From the NCBI GenBank assembly GCA_958009085.1, contig OY253672.1:1488001-1552000 (forward strand): a stretch of DNA of 64,000 nt, in the 5' to 3' direction. The first letter of the stretch is position 1. Every line of letters starts with the position of its first letter. The notes beneath the pieces are model-generated. The model was not told where the DNA came from and ran no database searches. It saw nothing but the letters and a program-made list of their open reading frames with translations. A program made the translations under genes and the position numbers. This DNA is from Protoeuglena noctilucae (lineage: Eukaryota). Shown one piece after another: positions 27,711 to 39,959 of this stretch.

Positions 27711-30700
27711 ATGTCAGCTCGAGCCGCTGCGCCCGACGCGGGGACGGCGGGCCCCACCCCGCTCGTGTCTACCAAGGTGGGCGTCGGCGAGGGCCGTTGG
27801 CATGCCTCTGTTGCCAAAATGCAATTTGTCATGTTCATGGCGCGTTCTGTGGGCTGCGCCGACGTTGATAGCGGCCGCCGCGGACGGGAGAGCCTGCGCC
27901 GCCACGTCGGCGTTGCAGCCCATCCCCCGCCCGCTGCACAGCGTGCATGGAAAGCGCCGCAGTGTGCAGATCTAGTGTCTTGTGACTCGCGGCGCTTCTC
28001 ATTCATGTGCCCCACTCGACGGCGCGGTCGCTGCAGGCACTTGCCCCTCTTGGGTTGTTTGCAGCGCCAACCACTCGCCGTCCGCGACCCGATGCCCGCT
28101 CGCGACTGTCCGCAGGAGCCCTTTTTGGAGCCGGACCGGCCTCGCCGCATCCAGGAGATCACGTTCGACGTGCAGTCGCCGATCGAGATTGCGGCGTGCA
28201 GCGCGCTGAACGTGTACGAGCACCGGCTCATGCAGATGCCCGTGCGCGCGCCCACCCCGCACGGTCCCCTGGACGCGCACATGGGCGTGTCGAGCCGGCA
28301 GGCCGTGTGCGAGACGTGCGCGGGGAAGCTGTCCGAGTGCGCCGGCCACTTCGGCCACATCCAGCTGCACCTCCCCGTCTTCAACATCGGCTACTTCAAG
28401 CACGTCATCGCGATCCTCCAGTGCATCTGCAAGTCCTGCGCGCGCGTGCTGATCGCGGACGAGGAGCAGCGGAAGACGCTGCGCAAACTGCGGAGGCCCG
28501 GGATCGAGCGGCTGCAGCGGGCGGTACTCTTCAAGGCGAGCGGCGGCTCCGATGGGGATGGAAAATGACTGTTTATGAATGTGTTGATATAATTACTGAC
28601 TTGGTTGCGTTGATTGCGCAATGCTGGAGTGACATGCGTTCGGACATCCGTGTGCTGCAGCGAGTTGCACCCACCCATGTCGCTCCCCCTTCCGTCTATC
28701 CCATCTCCGCCACCCATCTGCTCCCCGCAGCGCCTCCTGGACAAGGCCAAGCGCGTCAAGGTGTGCCCGTGGTGCGGGGAGGGCAATGGCACCGTCAAGA
28801 AGTGCCCCGGGTCCCTGAAGATCCTCCACGACCGGTACGGGAAGGGCGAGTCGGAGGCGCTGCTGGACCGGAGGCAGCGATTCGAGGACGCGGCGCAGTG
28901 AGTGCGGGGGGAGATTGCATGTTGTGCAGTGACAGGCTTGTTAAGTAGGGCCAGCGCAGGTCAGCCGGGGCGGAGAGATGCGATGGCTGGGTACGAGCAG
29001 CGATGCGCCTGTGCATGACGCCTCTCCCCTGTCGCCCTTGCTCTTTCAGGGCCAACCCCGAGATTGCCCCGCTGATCAAGGGCATGGTGGAGCTGCTGGA
29101 CCCACTCAAGGTGATGACGAGTGCTTGAGTAGTGAATGATAGTTGATGATAGTAGTCGCAAAGCACAACTCACGCAATGTATACGTGACTCATCGACTCA
29201 CCTCCCCATCCACAACTAATACTCATGCAACGCATAGCACTGCACCACAGCAATACGCAACACCTCACTCCCCTCACTCTCCAATCCTCTCTCCCCCCTC
29301 AGGTGCTGGAGCTGTTCCGCCGCGTCCCCGATTCGGATCTGCAGATCCTGGACCTCGGGGGCCGACCCGAGAACCTCTTGATGACCAACCTGTCGGTGCC
29401 CCCCGTGTGCATCCGGCCCAGCGTGGAGATGGAGGGGGGGGGGGGGAGCAACGAGGACGACATCACGGGTGAGGGGATGTGGGATGCGATGGTTGGGATC
29501 AGTAGCGTTGGGGGGGGAGATGTATGAAGTGGTCAGTGGCATTGTTGGGGAGATGTTTGGAACTGGCAACACTGTTGGGGAGATGTTAGGAATCTCCAAA
29601 CATCGGCAACACTCGCATGCAGGTGCGCAGGAGGTCACTGCCATGCATGTACAACCCCATTCTCCCCCCCCTCCATCACCCGCAGTCAAGATGATGCAGA
29701 TCGCCATGCATCTACCATCACTCACTCTCTCTCTCTCACTTGCAGTCAAGATGATGCATTCTAATGCATCAACATTCTAATGCAAAATCAACCTCTCTCT
29801 CCCCTCACTTGCAGTCAAGATGATGCAGATCGTGGAGGTCAACCGGTGCATCGAGACCGGGCTGAGCGGCCTGCTGGCCAAGAACGTGGCGGAGTGGTGG
29901 GACGGGCTGCAGACCGAGTGCGCCCAGTACATCAACTCCGATCTCCCAGGCATGCCCAGCACGCTCCAGACGCAGGGGAAGCGGCTCAGGGGGTTCGTGC
30001 AGCGGCTCAAGGGCAAGTCGGGGAGGTTCCGGGGCAACCTGTCGGGTGAGGAGGTGGTGGTAGTGGTAGTGGATGGTGGGGTGACTGATGTGGCAGTGAC
30101 TGGGGTGGTAGTGACTGGGGTGGGTGTGCGGTGACGGGGGAACCTGTCGGGTGAGGGGGTGGTGGTAGTGGTAGTGGATGGTGGGGTGGGAGTGTGTGAA
30201 CGGGGCAACCTGTCGGGTGAGGGGGGGTGGTAACAGGATGGTAGTGGATGGTGGGGTGGGTGGGGACGGGGCAAGATGTGCGGGGAGGGGGCGGGAGCGG
30301 ATGGGGTGGGTGCGCATTACCACTGCTGGCTTCATTGTTACACACCACAGCTGCCGCCCCCATCGCCACCCAACCTCAGTTCACCACCACTCACCCCAAT
30401 CCCCCCCCCCCCCCCCCCCCACCCCCCCCTCCCCCTCTCTCCCCAGGCAAGCGCGTGGACTTCACCGGCCGCACCGTCATCTCCCCCGACCCCAACGTCC
30501 GCATCGACGAGGTGGTCGTGCCCGAACTGATGGCGACTGTCCTTACTTACCCTGAGCGTGTCACCGAGCACAATATCGAGAAGCTCCGGCGCGCGGTCAT
30601 CAACGGAACGCAACAGCACCCGGGCGCGAGGTTCGTGATCAGCAAGGACGGGCACAAGAGCTTCCTGCAGGTGCGGGTGGTAGGGGGGGTGCTGTGGTGC

Positions 30701-33700
30701 TTTGCCATATATCGTGCTGTGGCAGATGCAGTGGCGTCTGTGTCTCGCCGGCCCCGTGCGTGCTGGTACGCTTTAACAGGCTATTATAAAACTATAATAA
30801 GATTATAATATACCAGCATCACGTATTCGCATACATTTACTCCGCAGTACGGCGACCGTCGTCGCGTGGCGGCTGAGCTGAGGGTCGGGGATGTGGTGGA
30901 GAGGCACCTGTGCAATGGGGACGTGGTGCTGTTCAACCGGCAGCCGTCGCTGCACCGGTGAGCGACATGCTGATGATGGGGATGAGCATGGGTGGGTGTG
31001 CGTGCGTGTGAGTGCGGGGCGAGTGGTGCGGACGGGCAGTGGGGCTGATCGCTTTCTCATCCCATCCACGCAGTGCGACCATCTGCGATTGGCATATCCC
31101 ACCCATCTCATCCCATCCTAACCACATGCATGCATTCCATCCCACCTCATCCCACCCAACCCCACCCCTTCACACACAGAGTCTCCATCATGGCCTTCCG
31201 CGTGCGTGTGCTCCCCGGCCGCACCCTCCGATTCAACGAGTGCTGCTGCACGCCATTCAACGCGGACTTCGACGGTGAGAGTAGTAATACTATAGTATTG
31301 ATATAGTACCACTATGCACGCCATGCAACAATGCAGACTGCGACGGTGAGAGATAGCGATGCTATACGAACACTGTGCATGCATCCACTCCATCGTCACC
31401 CATCTCACCCCAACATCACTCGTCCCATTCCATTATCACTCATCTGCTTCCTCACAATCGCAGGCGACGAGATGAACATCCACGTCCCCCAGACAGAGGA
31501 GGCCAGGGCAGAGGCCATGTCGCTCATGGGGGTGCTCAGGTGAAGACTATATGTTATATATAGTATTGTTAACATATCATCGACACATGCCATGTCGCTC
31601 ATGGGGGTGCTCAGGTGACACAGACATGAGACCAGTACCATCAACACATGCCATGTCACTTACAAGGGAGGGCGGTGGCAAGCCAGCCCCACACTAACCT
31701 GAGCTCCCCTGTATCAGAAACAGTCATCACCCCCACCCCCGACTCACCCTTATCTCTCCCATCTCCCATCTCCCATTACCCCCAGCAACCTGATGGTCCC
31801 CTGTAACAGTATCACCCTCACCACCCCCACCCCCATCTCACCCTTATCTCATCTCCCCTCATCCCCAGCAACCTGATGGTCCCCAAATCGGGCGAGATCC
31901 TGGTGGCCGCTACCCAGGACTTCCTCACCTGCGCGTTCCTGCTCACACGCAAGGACTGCCTCTTCAGCAGGGCAGAGTTCGGGCAGATGTGCAGCTACAT
32001 GGGGGACGGGCTGGAGAGGTGAGGGGGTGGTGGTTGTAGTAATGGTGATAGCAAAGTGGGTGGGGGTGGTGATGGAGTAGATGAGCATGGATAGGCTGGA
32101 GAGGTGAGGGGGGGGGGTGTTCTTAGCATGGATGATGTGTGGGTGGCAAATGGTTTACCCTTTCGCACACCGCATCGCCCACGCTAGCTCATCCCAGCTT
32201 CCCGCACAGTCACGCATGCACGCACCCCCCCTCCCATCTCTCACAACAACAACAACAACAATAATGACAACACCAACAGCACCACAACACCAACAACACC
32301 CTCTCTCCCCCCAGGGTGGACATCCCCCCCCCGCCATCGTCAAGCCGCTTGAGATGTGGACGGGGAAGCAGCTTTTCTCGGTGCTGCTGCGGCCGAACGT
32401 GGATGTCCGCATATTCGTGACGATGGAGACGAAAGAGAAGATGGGGTGCAGCTGCAAGGGGGTGGCGGGTGAGTGGAGAGGGAGTGGGGGTGGGNNNNNN
32501 NNNNNNNNNNNNNNNNNNNNNNNNNNNNNNNNNNNNNNNNNNNNNNNNNNNNNNNNNNNNNNNNNNNNNNNNNNNNNNNNNNNNNNNNNNNNNNNNNNNN
32601 NNNNNNNNNNNNNNNNNNNNNNNNNNNNNNNNNNNNNNNNNNNNNNNNNNNNNNNNNNNNNNNNNNNNNNNNNNNNNNNNNNNNNNNNNNNNNNGGGGGC
32701 GACGGGCAGCCGTTGGATTTGAATCGCCTGCTGTTGCGCGTGATGGCACTCACGCCAAGACAAGCCGACGAGACGTGGCTGCTGCCCGGTGCTCTGGAGA
32801 GAGCGGCGGAGAGGGGGGCGGAGGGGGTGGGTCTGGTGGCAGATAATGCATGGGGCATTAGCACTCGGTTTGTGGAGGCGGTGAGGGGTCGGTTGGGGGA
32901 GGTTGCAAGGGAGTTGCGGGGCGTGCGGAAGCAAATGGGGCTGCCGGAGGATGCGAGGGGCGATGCGGATGTGGAGGCAGTGGCGGGGAGGGTGGCGGGC
33001 ATGACGGAGCGACAAGTCACGGTGAGGATTCGGTTGATGAGAATGGGAATTGTGAATTGTGAAATGCGTATTGTGAATTGGGTGCTGTGATGGTGGGATG
33101 ACGGAGCGGCAGGTGACGGTGAGGGGTGGGTGGGTTAGGGCATCAGATGGCCGGTCGTGATTGTTTGCGTCGAGCGAACTGTTACTGCCACCAGCGTCAC
33201 ATCCCAATTATCGAATCTCCCCATCCCTCCCCGCAGACGTTCCTGCATCTGGCCCGCCGCAAGTTCGAGTCCAAGGTGGCCGACCCGGGCGCCACGGTGG
33301 GGGCGTACGGAGCACAGAGCATCGGGGAGCCAGGCACGCAGATGACGCTCAAGGTGATTGGGATATTGTGATTGTGATGACTGTGACGGTGATGGTGATG
33401 ATTGTGGTTGTGACTGGGAATGGGATGGTGACTGCGATGATTGCGATGGAATGGAGCATTTCATGTGTGTATGGGTATGGGTATGTGCATGTATTTGTGT
33501 CGATACACTTACATGTACCTCTCCCCCACCCCCGTGTCGTCGGCGCAATGACGAAGATCCCTTCGCTTGCTGGACGGTGCCTATGGCCCCAGTGGCAGCG
33601 AAAAGCACTGCTCTAGAATTCCACTGAGCGCCGATAAAGACACGGGGGATGTGGATCGAGACGTGGTGTTTATTTATATCATGTGTTCATGTAACTTTAT

Positions 33701-35875
33701 CCTGCGCTGTTGTCCACCTTGCAATGCGCTCTTGTGCCGCATGCCGGCGTTTTTCCTCCAACCCCACCCCCGCCACACACAATGCCACCCACCCCACCCC
33801 TCACTCCCCCCCCCCCCCCAGACCTCCCACCTCGCCCCCCTCATAACAACCAATCCCCCCCCCCCCCCCCCAGACCTTCCACTTCGCGGGCGTGGCCGCC
33901 ATGAACGTCACGCTTGGCGTCCCCCGCATCAAGGAGATCATCAACGCGGCACGCAACATCTCCACGCATATTATGCGCGTCGAGCTGACCAACCCCAGGG
34001 ACGCCGAAGCTGCCAGGGAGGTTAAAGCGAGGCTGGAGGCGACGACGCTGGGCAGCGTGTGCGAATATATCAAGACAGTGGTTACTCCCTTCGATTGCTA
34101 CATCGTGGTGAAGCTCGACACGGCACGGCTGGCCAGGATCAACGTGGCGCTGCACGCGTCGCAGGTCGCGAGGGCGGGTGAGGGGTGGAGGGGGGAGGGT
34201 GTGCGGGTGGGGTGTTGGGAGTGGGGTGGGGTGGAGGTGGGGTGCGGGTGGGGGGGTTGGGTGCGGGTGCGGGTGGGATGGAGTGGGGTGTTGGGAGGGA
34301 AAGGGGTGGACTGCGGCATGTTGGGTGTTGGGTGGGGTGGGTCGGGTGCTGTGTGAAGCGTGTCGCAATGCTGTGTACCCAATGGCCGCTCTCACATACC
34401 AACCCAGTACCACCCTCACCCCTCTCGCAGTGCAATGTTCACTGTATTGGCTACCCATACAGCACCATCACCCCTCACACATTGCTATGCACCCACCTGT
34501 TTAACTCTCACATACCACCCCATACCCCCCCACATTCCCCACCTATTGCAGTGCTGGGCGCCAAGCTCAAGCTCAAGCCCCCCATGATCCGCGTGGAGAA
34601 CGCTGCCAAGCTCCTCATATTCCCCGACGACCTAACTAAAGACAAGGACCGGGAATACGAAGGGAAGTCGCTGTTGGGGCATATGGAGGAGCTGCGGAAG
34701 GGGCTGCCGGGGGTGGTCGTGTCCGGGGTGGCGACGGTGACGAGGGCGATTATCAGCCAGGAGCAGGGGCTGTTCAAGGTGTTTGCGGAGGTGAGGGTGT
34801 GTATGTGGACCCTATCTTATCCAAGTATTTCATGTTGTTATGTCTTATCTCGATACCTTATACCCACCCCACCCCGTTCTCTCCCCCAGGGCACGGACCT
34901 GCCTATCTGATATTATTATTACATATCGTTGTGTTGCATCTCAATACCTTATACCCACCCCACCCCGTCTGTTCAGGGCACGGACTTGCAGGCGGTGATG
35001 TCGACCCCCGGCGTGCAGCACAACAAGACGACCACCAACCACGTGATGGAGGTGCTGGGGACGCTGGGGATTGAAGCGGCGAGGGAGACAATCATCAAAG
35101 AGATACAGTACACGATGGGTGAGTGACGAGGGGGGTGGTGAGGTGCAGTGACATGGGGTGACTAATGAGAGAGATACAGTACACGATGGGTTTGGGGCAT
35201 TTATGGGGGGGATTGGTGAGGTACAGCGAGTGACACGATCAGCAAGCGCCACTAACACACCCCCCTTCCCTGCTCCCCTCCCTCCCAGGCTCCCACGGCA
35301 TGGTCATTGACTACCGCCACATGATGCTGCTGGCCGACTGCATGACGTCTCGGGGCGAGGTGCTGGGCATCACGCGGTTCGGCATCGCCAAGATGAAAGA
35401 TTCCGTGCTCATGCTGGCGTCTTTCGAAAAGACCACCGATCACCTGTTCGAAGCCGCTGTCAGGCGCACGACTGACACGATCAATGGAGTGTCAGAAAGC
35501 ATCATCATGGGCATACCCATACCGGTCGGGACCGGCCTGTTCCGTGTGCTGCACAATGACCCGATTGTCAGGGAGGAGGAGCGCGTGAGGGGGGTGGGGC
35601 CGGACGCGGTGAAGGGCGGCGGGCGCGAGGGAGCGGTGGCGGAGGAGCCGGCAGCAGGGAGGGGCGTGGGGGGTGGTGGGGTGGGTGGGAGCGGGGCGGG
35701 TGGGAGTGGTGTGAACACGACCGGGGCAGTGAAGGAAGAGCCGGAGGGTGCGCGTGGGGTGGTGCCGGCGCCCGTGCGGCCAGCCAAGGCGGGGCCGAAG
35801 TCAGCGAGGGATGGGGCGAGGCGGGGGTTCGAGGTCGGGTGGCCGGTGCGCCGGACGCCCCTGCTCGCCTACTGA
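27711..35875 (+). CDS. RPC1: DNA-directed RNA polymerase III largest subunit (RPC1/NRPC1); many exons, central part lost in the assembly gap
   Basis: [159 protein letters not shown] (Pol III type; no CTD heptads). Confidence 0.95.
29682..35191 (+). repeat. Series of direct repeats duplicating RPC1 exon-intron junctions inside the adjacent introns
   Basis: Examples: gcagtcaagatgatgca at 29682, 29742, 29811; aacctgtcgggtgagg at 30036, 30141, 30207; gccatgtcgctcatgggggtgctcaggtga at 31514, 31589; ccccagcaacctgatggtcccc at 31780, 31863; agagatacagtacacgatgggt at 35099, 35170. Confidence 0.95.
32495..32694. other. Assembly gap (200 N)
   Basis: Run of N inside RPC1, flanked by G-rich sequence. 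Confidence 1.
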
Positions 35876-36202
35876 GAGTGGGGGCTTAGAGAGCGGCAAG
35901 CGCGGAGTTAACATGAGAGTGGCTGTGTATGCTGGGTGTCTGGATAAAGTGCAGTGGCGTGCATGAGGTAACGTTGGGTACGGCCGTAGCAGCGCTGCGC
36001 CATTTGCTGGGCCCAAGCAAGTGCGCCTTGAAGAGCACGTAACATCACAAGTCGCATCTGCTAGGTCACAGATATCATCGGCATCAACACTGACAGAGAT
36101 GCCAATTGTTCCACTTGCTCTCAACCAACGCGTTCAACCGCAGCGCAAATATAGCGACAAGACTGGCCCACCACGCAGCCCCATCCTCAAACCATCCCCA
36201 TT

Positions 36203-39200
36203 TCAGTACGCCGCGGCGCTGAACGCGTCCTGCGTGAGCCGCAGCAGCGTCTGCCGCAGCAGCCGCGCCTCGGACGCGATCGTGCGCCTCTCCCCCGCCG
36301 ACCCGGCCCCATCGTATGTCGTGTACTTGGTCTTGCCCTCCTTCTCGATCTCTTCTAAAAATGCCATCATCTCCTGCACCGTGGCGTCCCGCACCACGAT
36401 CATGAGCTTGGCCATGTTGTCCAGCATCGCCACAAAGCATCGCTTGGCGTAAAGCCACGTGTCCGGTGACAGCCGCTTGGCGTATGGCTCCAGAGCTTTG
36501 ATGACCCTTAAGATGCCGAACTCGAAGTTCCCCTTGGCGCAGTAGAGCGTGCCGATGGTGAGATTCACGATGCAAAGGTGGTAGTAGGACTTTTCGCGGT
36601 CGTTGAAGCCGGCACGCTCCTCGTCGCGCTGGGAGCAGGGGTGGGGTGGGGTGGGGTGAGGGTGAGACATGCAACATGCAAATGCGGTCATCAGTTAGTA
36701 TTGCAACCATCACTCAGTGTTGCGGGGCCGTCGGTCAGTGCTGCGACCACTACTCAGTGCTGCAACCATCAATCAATTGCAACCATCCATCCGCGTCCTT
36801 CCTCACAGCAATCAAGTCAACCAGCCACCCATCCCCACCTCGATTCGCTTCATCAGCTCCTCGGCGTCGATGTTCTGGTTGGTCATGATGTAGGCCACGC
36901 AGAGGTTGGCCAGCACGATGGCGGGCACGCGGAGCACGTCGTCCAACTCCTTCCGCACCAGCGGCTGGTAGTAACTGCGGGGGGGGGGGGGGGGGGGCGG
37001 CGAGACAAGCAAGCGTGGCGTGGGGCAACATGGCGATTGCGGTGCGGTGGGCGCGCTCTCTGCTGTTTATGGTCAGCGTCGCTTGGTGCCGCTCCCCACC
37101 CCTTACGTCACCGCATGCCCACATCCCCGCACTCCAACCCCACGCATTCCACACCCTCATCACACAGCCACACCCTCATCACACACCCACGTCCCTCACC
37201 GAATGGCCTCCTCCCACTTCTCCTCCCGAAACAGCACGTGCGCCACGTTGAGCTGCCAGACGTCCTGGTCGGAGCAGAACTCGGCGCTCTGCTTGAAGAT
37301 CTTCTCCACCATGGGCCAGTTCTCGGCGTGCCAGTGGATCTCGCCCATGCCCATCAATACGGGGAGGTACATCTCCAGCACCTCGTCGTACTCCTGGGAT
37401 GGGGGCAAAAGGAATGAGAGGCATTATACATAGTCCTGCTATCATACATCTCCAGCACCTCGTCGTACTCCTGGGAAGGTGTACAGCGACAGATTGATTG
37501 TAAATGAGTGCTTGCTCCAGCCGACCAGCGCCGCCGTGTGTGAATGCCTAGTGGTATGCTTAGTACCGTGCTTACGAATCCAAGTAAGGCAGGGCTCTGC
37601 ATGGGCCCCGGGCAGTGCAGCCAGGAGCAGAGGTGAGCAGCAGACGTATCGGGGAGTTGCCGAGAGTGCGAGTGGTGTCTGCGCATGGCCAGCCTCGTGG
37701 CGTCCCTCGCCTGAACGGCCTTCTTGACGGCGAGGTTGTCGTTGGAGTTGCGGCTGTCCTGGATGCGCTTGGTGATCTGGCGCAGGCGCTTTACGTACTC
37801 GTCCGCCATCGCGTCCCACATCGTGTGCGCCGTCTCGGCTGCAGGGGGGAGAAGGATCAGTGGGGAACGTGCTATGACATCCAAAGAGAGACAGGACCAG
37901 TACCTGGCTAGTCTCAGCCAGATGACGCGCTCTGACGACCGAAACACAACCCCGCCCCCTGTGCTGGCTGCCAGCTCGGTTCCCAGCGCGCACCAAGTAC
38001 CACCAAGCACCACCAAGTGAGTTACCCCCACCGCTTGTCAAGGGCCCTATCTCCTGTTCCCAACACAACACAACACAACCCGCCGTGCCAGACGCCATTG
38101 CCACCACTCACGCGACTCCTGCCGCGCGATGAGCGCCTGCAGGAACTGCCGGACGTCCGCCCTCAGCGCCGACTGCGCCATGTCGGGGTTCTCGGCCATC
38201 ATGTCAGCGACTAGGTTATACCGGGCCACCGCGGGCCTGCAGCATAGGAGCAAGAGGTTCTGGAAGGCCTCGGGGGGATAGGGCGGGTTCTGTAAGAGAT
38301 GATTGAGCTTCCGGAAGGACTGGGAGGTGTCCTCGTCGAATTGCACCAGGGCCGAGTTGTGCAGCGTGATCGCGTCCACCTCCTCCTCCTGGCGGGGGGG
38401 AAGGTCCTTGAGCACCTGCGGGGTTTGTAATGAGAGGGAAGAGAGGTGAGGGGGGTGAGCAGCTTTGGTATGAGCATGCTGTGCAACTGGGGGCATCTAA
38501 GCGTTCGCAGCATTAATGCAACTGTGAAGTAAGGCTTGTGCGCTGGCCCTCGACGCATCGATATATGATCTGACATCAACAACGACCCACCTCCCGGGCC
38601 TGCTCGACGTTCTTCATATTGAACTCGATGGCGGCCTTCAGGTTGAGCGCCTCCACGATGGCCGTCTCCCGCAATACGAGAGAGTTGCCCACGCTGCGCA
38701 TCTCTGCGGGGTGGGGGGGAGGAGAGGTGTGCTGGTGAGCATGGAGGGGTCGGTGGGTAAATATGGGGCACGCAGCAAGGGGGCCAGAAGGAGCTAGAAG
38801 GAGGCGAGGCGATGGCGAGCGCGTGCAACATGCAGACACGCATCCTCGTCCCCTCCCAAACCACCACCCCCACCACCCCCTCCCACCACTCGCCCGACTC
38901 CTCCAAATAAGACCCCACGCCGAGCTCCGGGTGCTCGCGGATCCCCCTCTCGATGATGGAGGCCACGAGCTTGAGCGCGTCGCCGTACCGCTTGGTGCGG
39001 TAGCAGCACAGCGCGGCGTTGTAGACCTGCTGCGCGTCGAACGAGGGCGACGCCGTCTCGAACCGCTTCTGCGCCTCCTCGTACTTTTCCTCCCGGAACA
39101 ACAGGCAACCCTCCATGACCTGCAGGGGGCGGACGGAGCGACACGCTCGTGGTTCATCATAGTCCATCCCTCCATGTCATGCGTGTCATGGTCCTGCTAC

Positions 39201-39959
39201 GGGGCACGGACAGGCGATGGACCGGTCGTGGTGTTACCGTCTGTAACCTCGATGACTAGAGATCCGCAAACACCGTCTCCTGTCTACTCGATAGCAACAA
39301 GCATTCACTCGATAGCAATAAGCATTATCGCTGTTACTCGCCTTGGCATCCGAGTCCTCCGGGTCCATCAGCTCCAACGCCGACTTGACGGCCTTGACGT
39401 CGTCGTCCTGGAGAGCCATGTTGGCCAGGAGCATGCTCTTCTGGCGGTCCATGCCCTTCACGCCCCGGAGCACCTCCCTCGCCTTGCCTGCGCCGGGGGC
39501 ACACGATGGCTGCGTTGCATGCCGTGTCTGCCAGGTGCAATCGCACCCAGTGAGGTGCAGCACCCGCGCAAAGGGACACGTGGTGACGCGGGAGGACTGT
39601 GACATCCGCAAAGCGAGGAAGGGCGAGTGGAGCGGGCCCGGGTGCAGCAGGTCCGGTGCGAGAAGGGCGGACTCGCCTGTCTCGCCCGAGCGGAAGAGGC
39701 ACATGGCGTGATAGAAGCGATAGTTGGCCTTGTCGGGGAGGAGCTCGGTCAGCTGCTGGTAGAGGGGCGCTGCGGATTCATACTGCTCCGTGTGGTAGTA
39801 GCAGTACGCCAGGAGCGAGAGCGCGGCGCGGCTGGTGGGCGAGAGCTGGAGCTGGAACGAGAGGAGGGCGATGGCGTCCTGCCACTGCTCCTGCTGCACC
39901 CATCGGTACACCGTGGAGGTGTACTTCCCCTCAGGTATCTGCTGCTGCTGCTGCTGCAT
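36203..39959 (-). CDS. IFT70: Intraflagellar transport protein IFT70 / TTC30 (fleer/DYF-1), TPR protein
   Basis: IPEGKYTSTVY, SRAALSLLAYCYY, IIERGIREHPELGVG, RSVGNS..ETAIVEALNLKAAIE, DLPPRQEEEVDAITLHN, NPPYPPEAFQNLLLL, IFKQSAEFCS, AIVLANLCVAYIMTNQN..AEELMKRIE, YHLCIVNLTIGTLYCAKGNFEFGILRVIKALEP. Confidence 0.95.
37368..37476 (-). repeat. Perfect 32-nt duplication of an IFT70 acceptor plus exon start
   Basis: tacatctccagcacctcgtcgtactcctggga at 37368-37399 and 37445-37476. Confidence 0.95.

Noticed and set aside
27711..35875. RPC1 as a pseudogene or viral polymerase
   Set aside because: Catalytic motifs are intact and Pol III-type; the only defects are an N gap and a homopolymer length.
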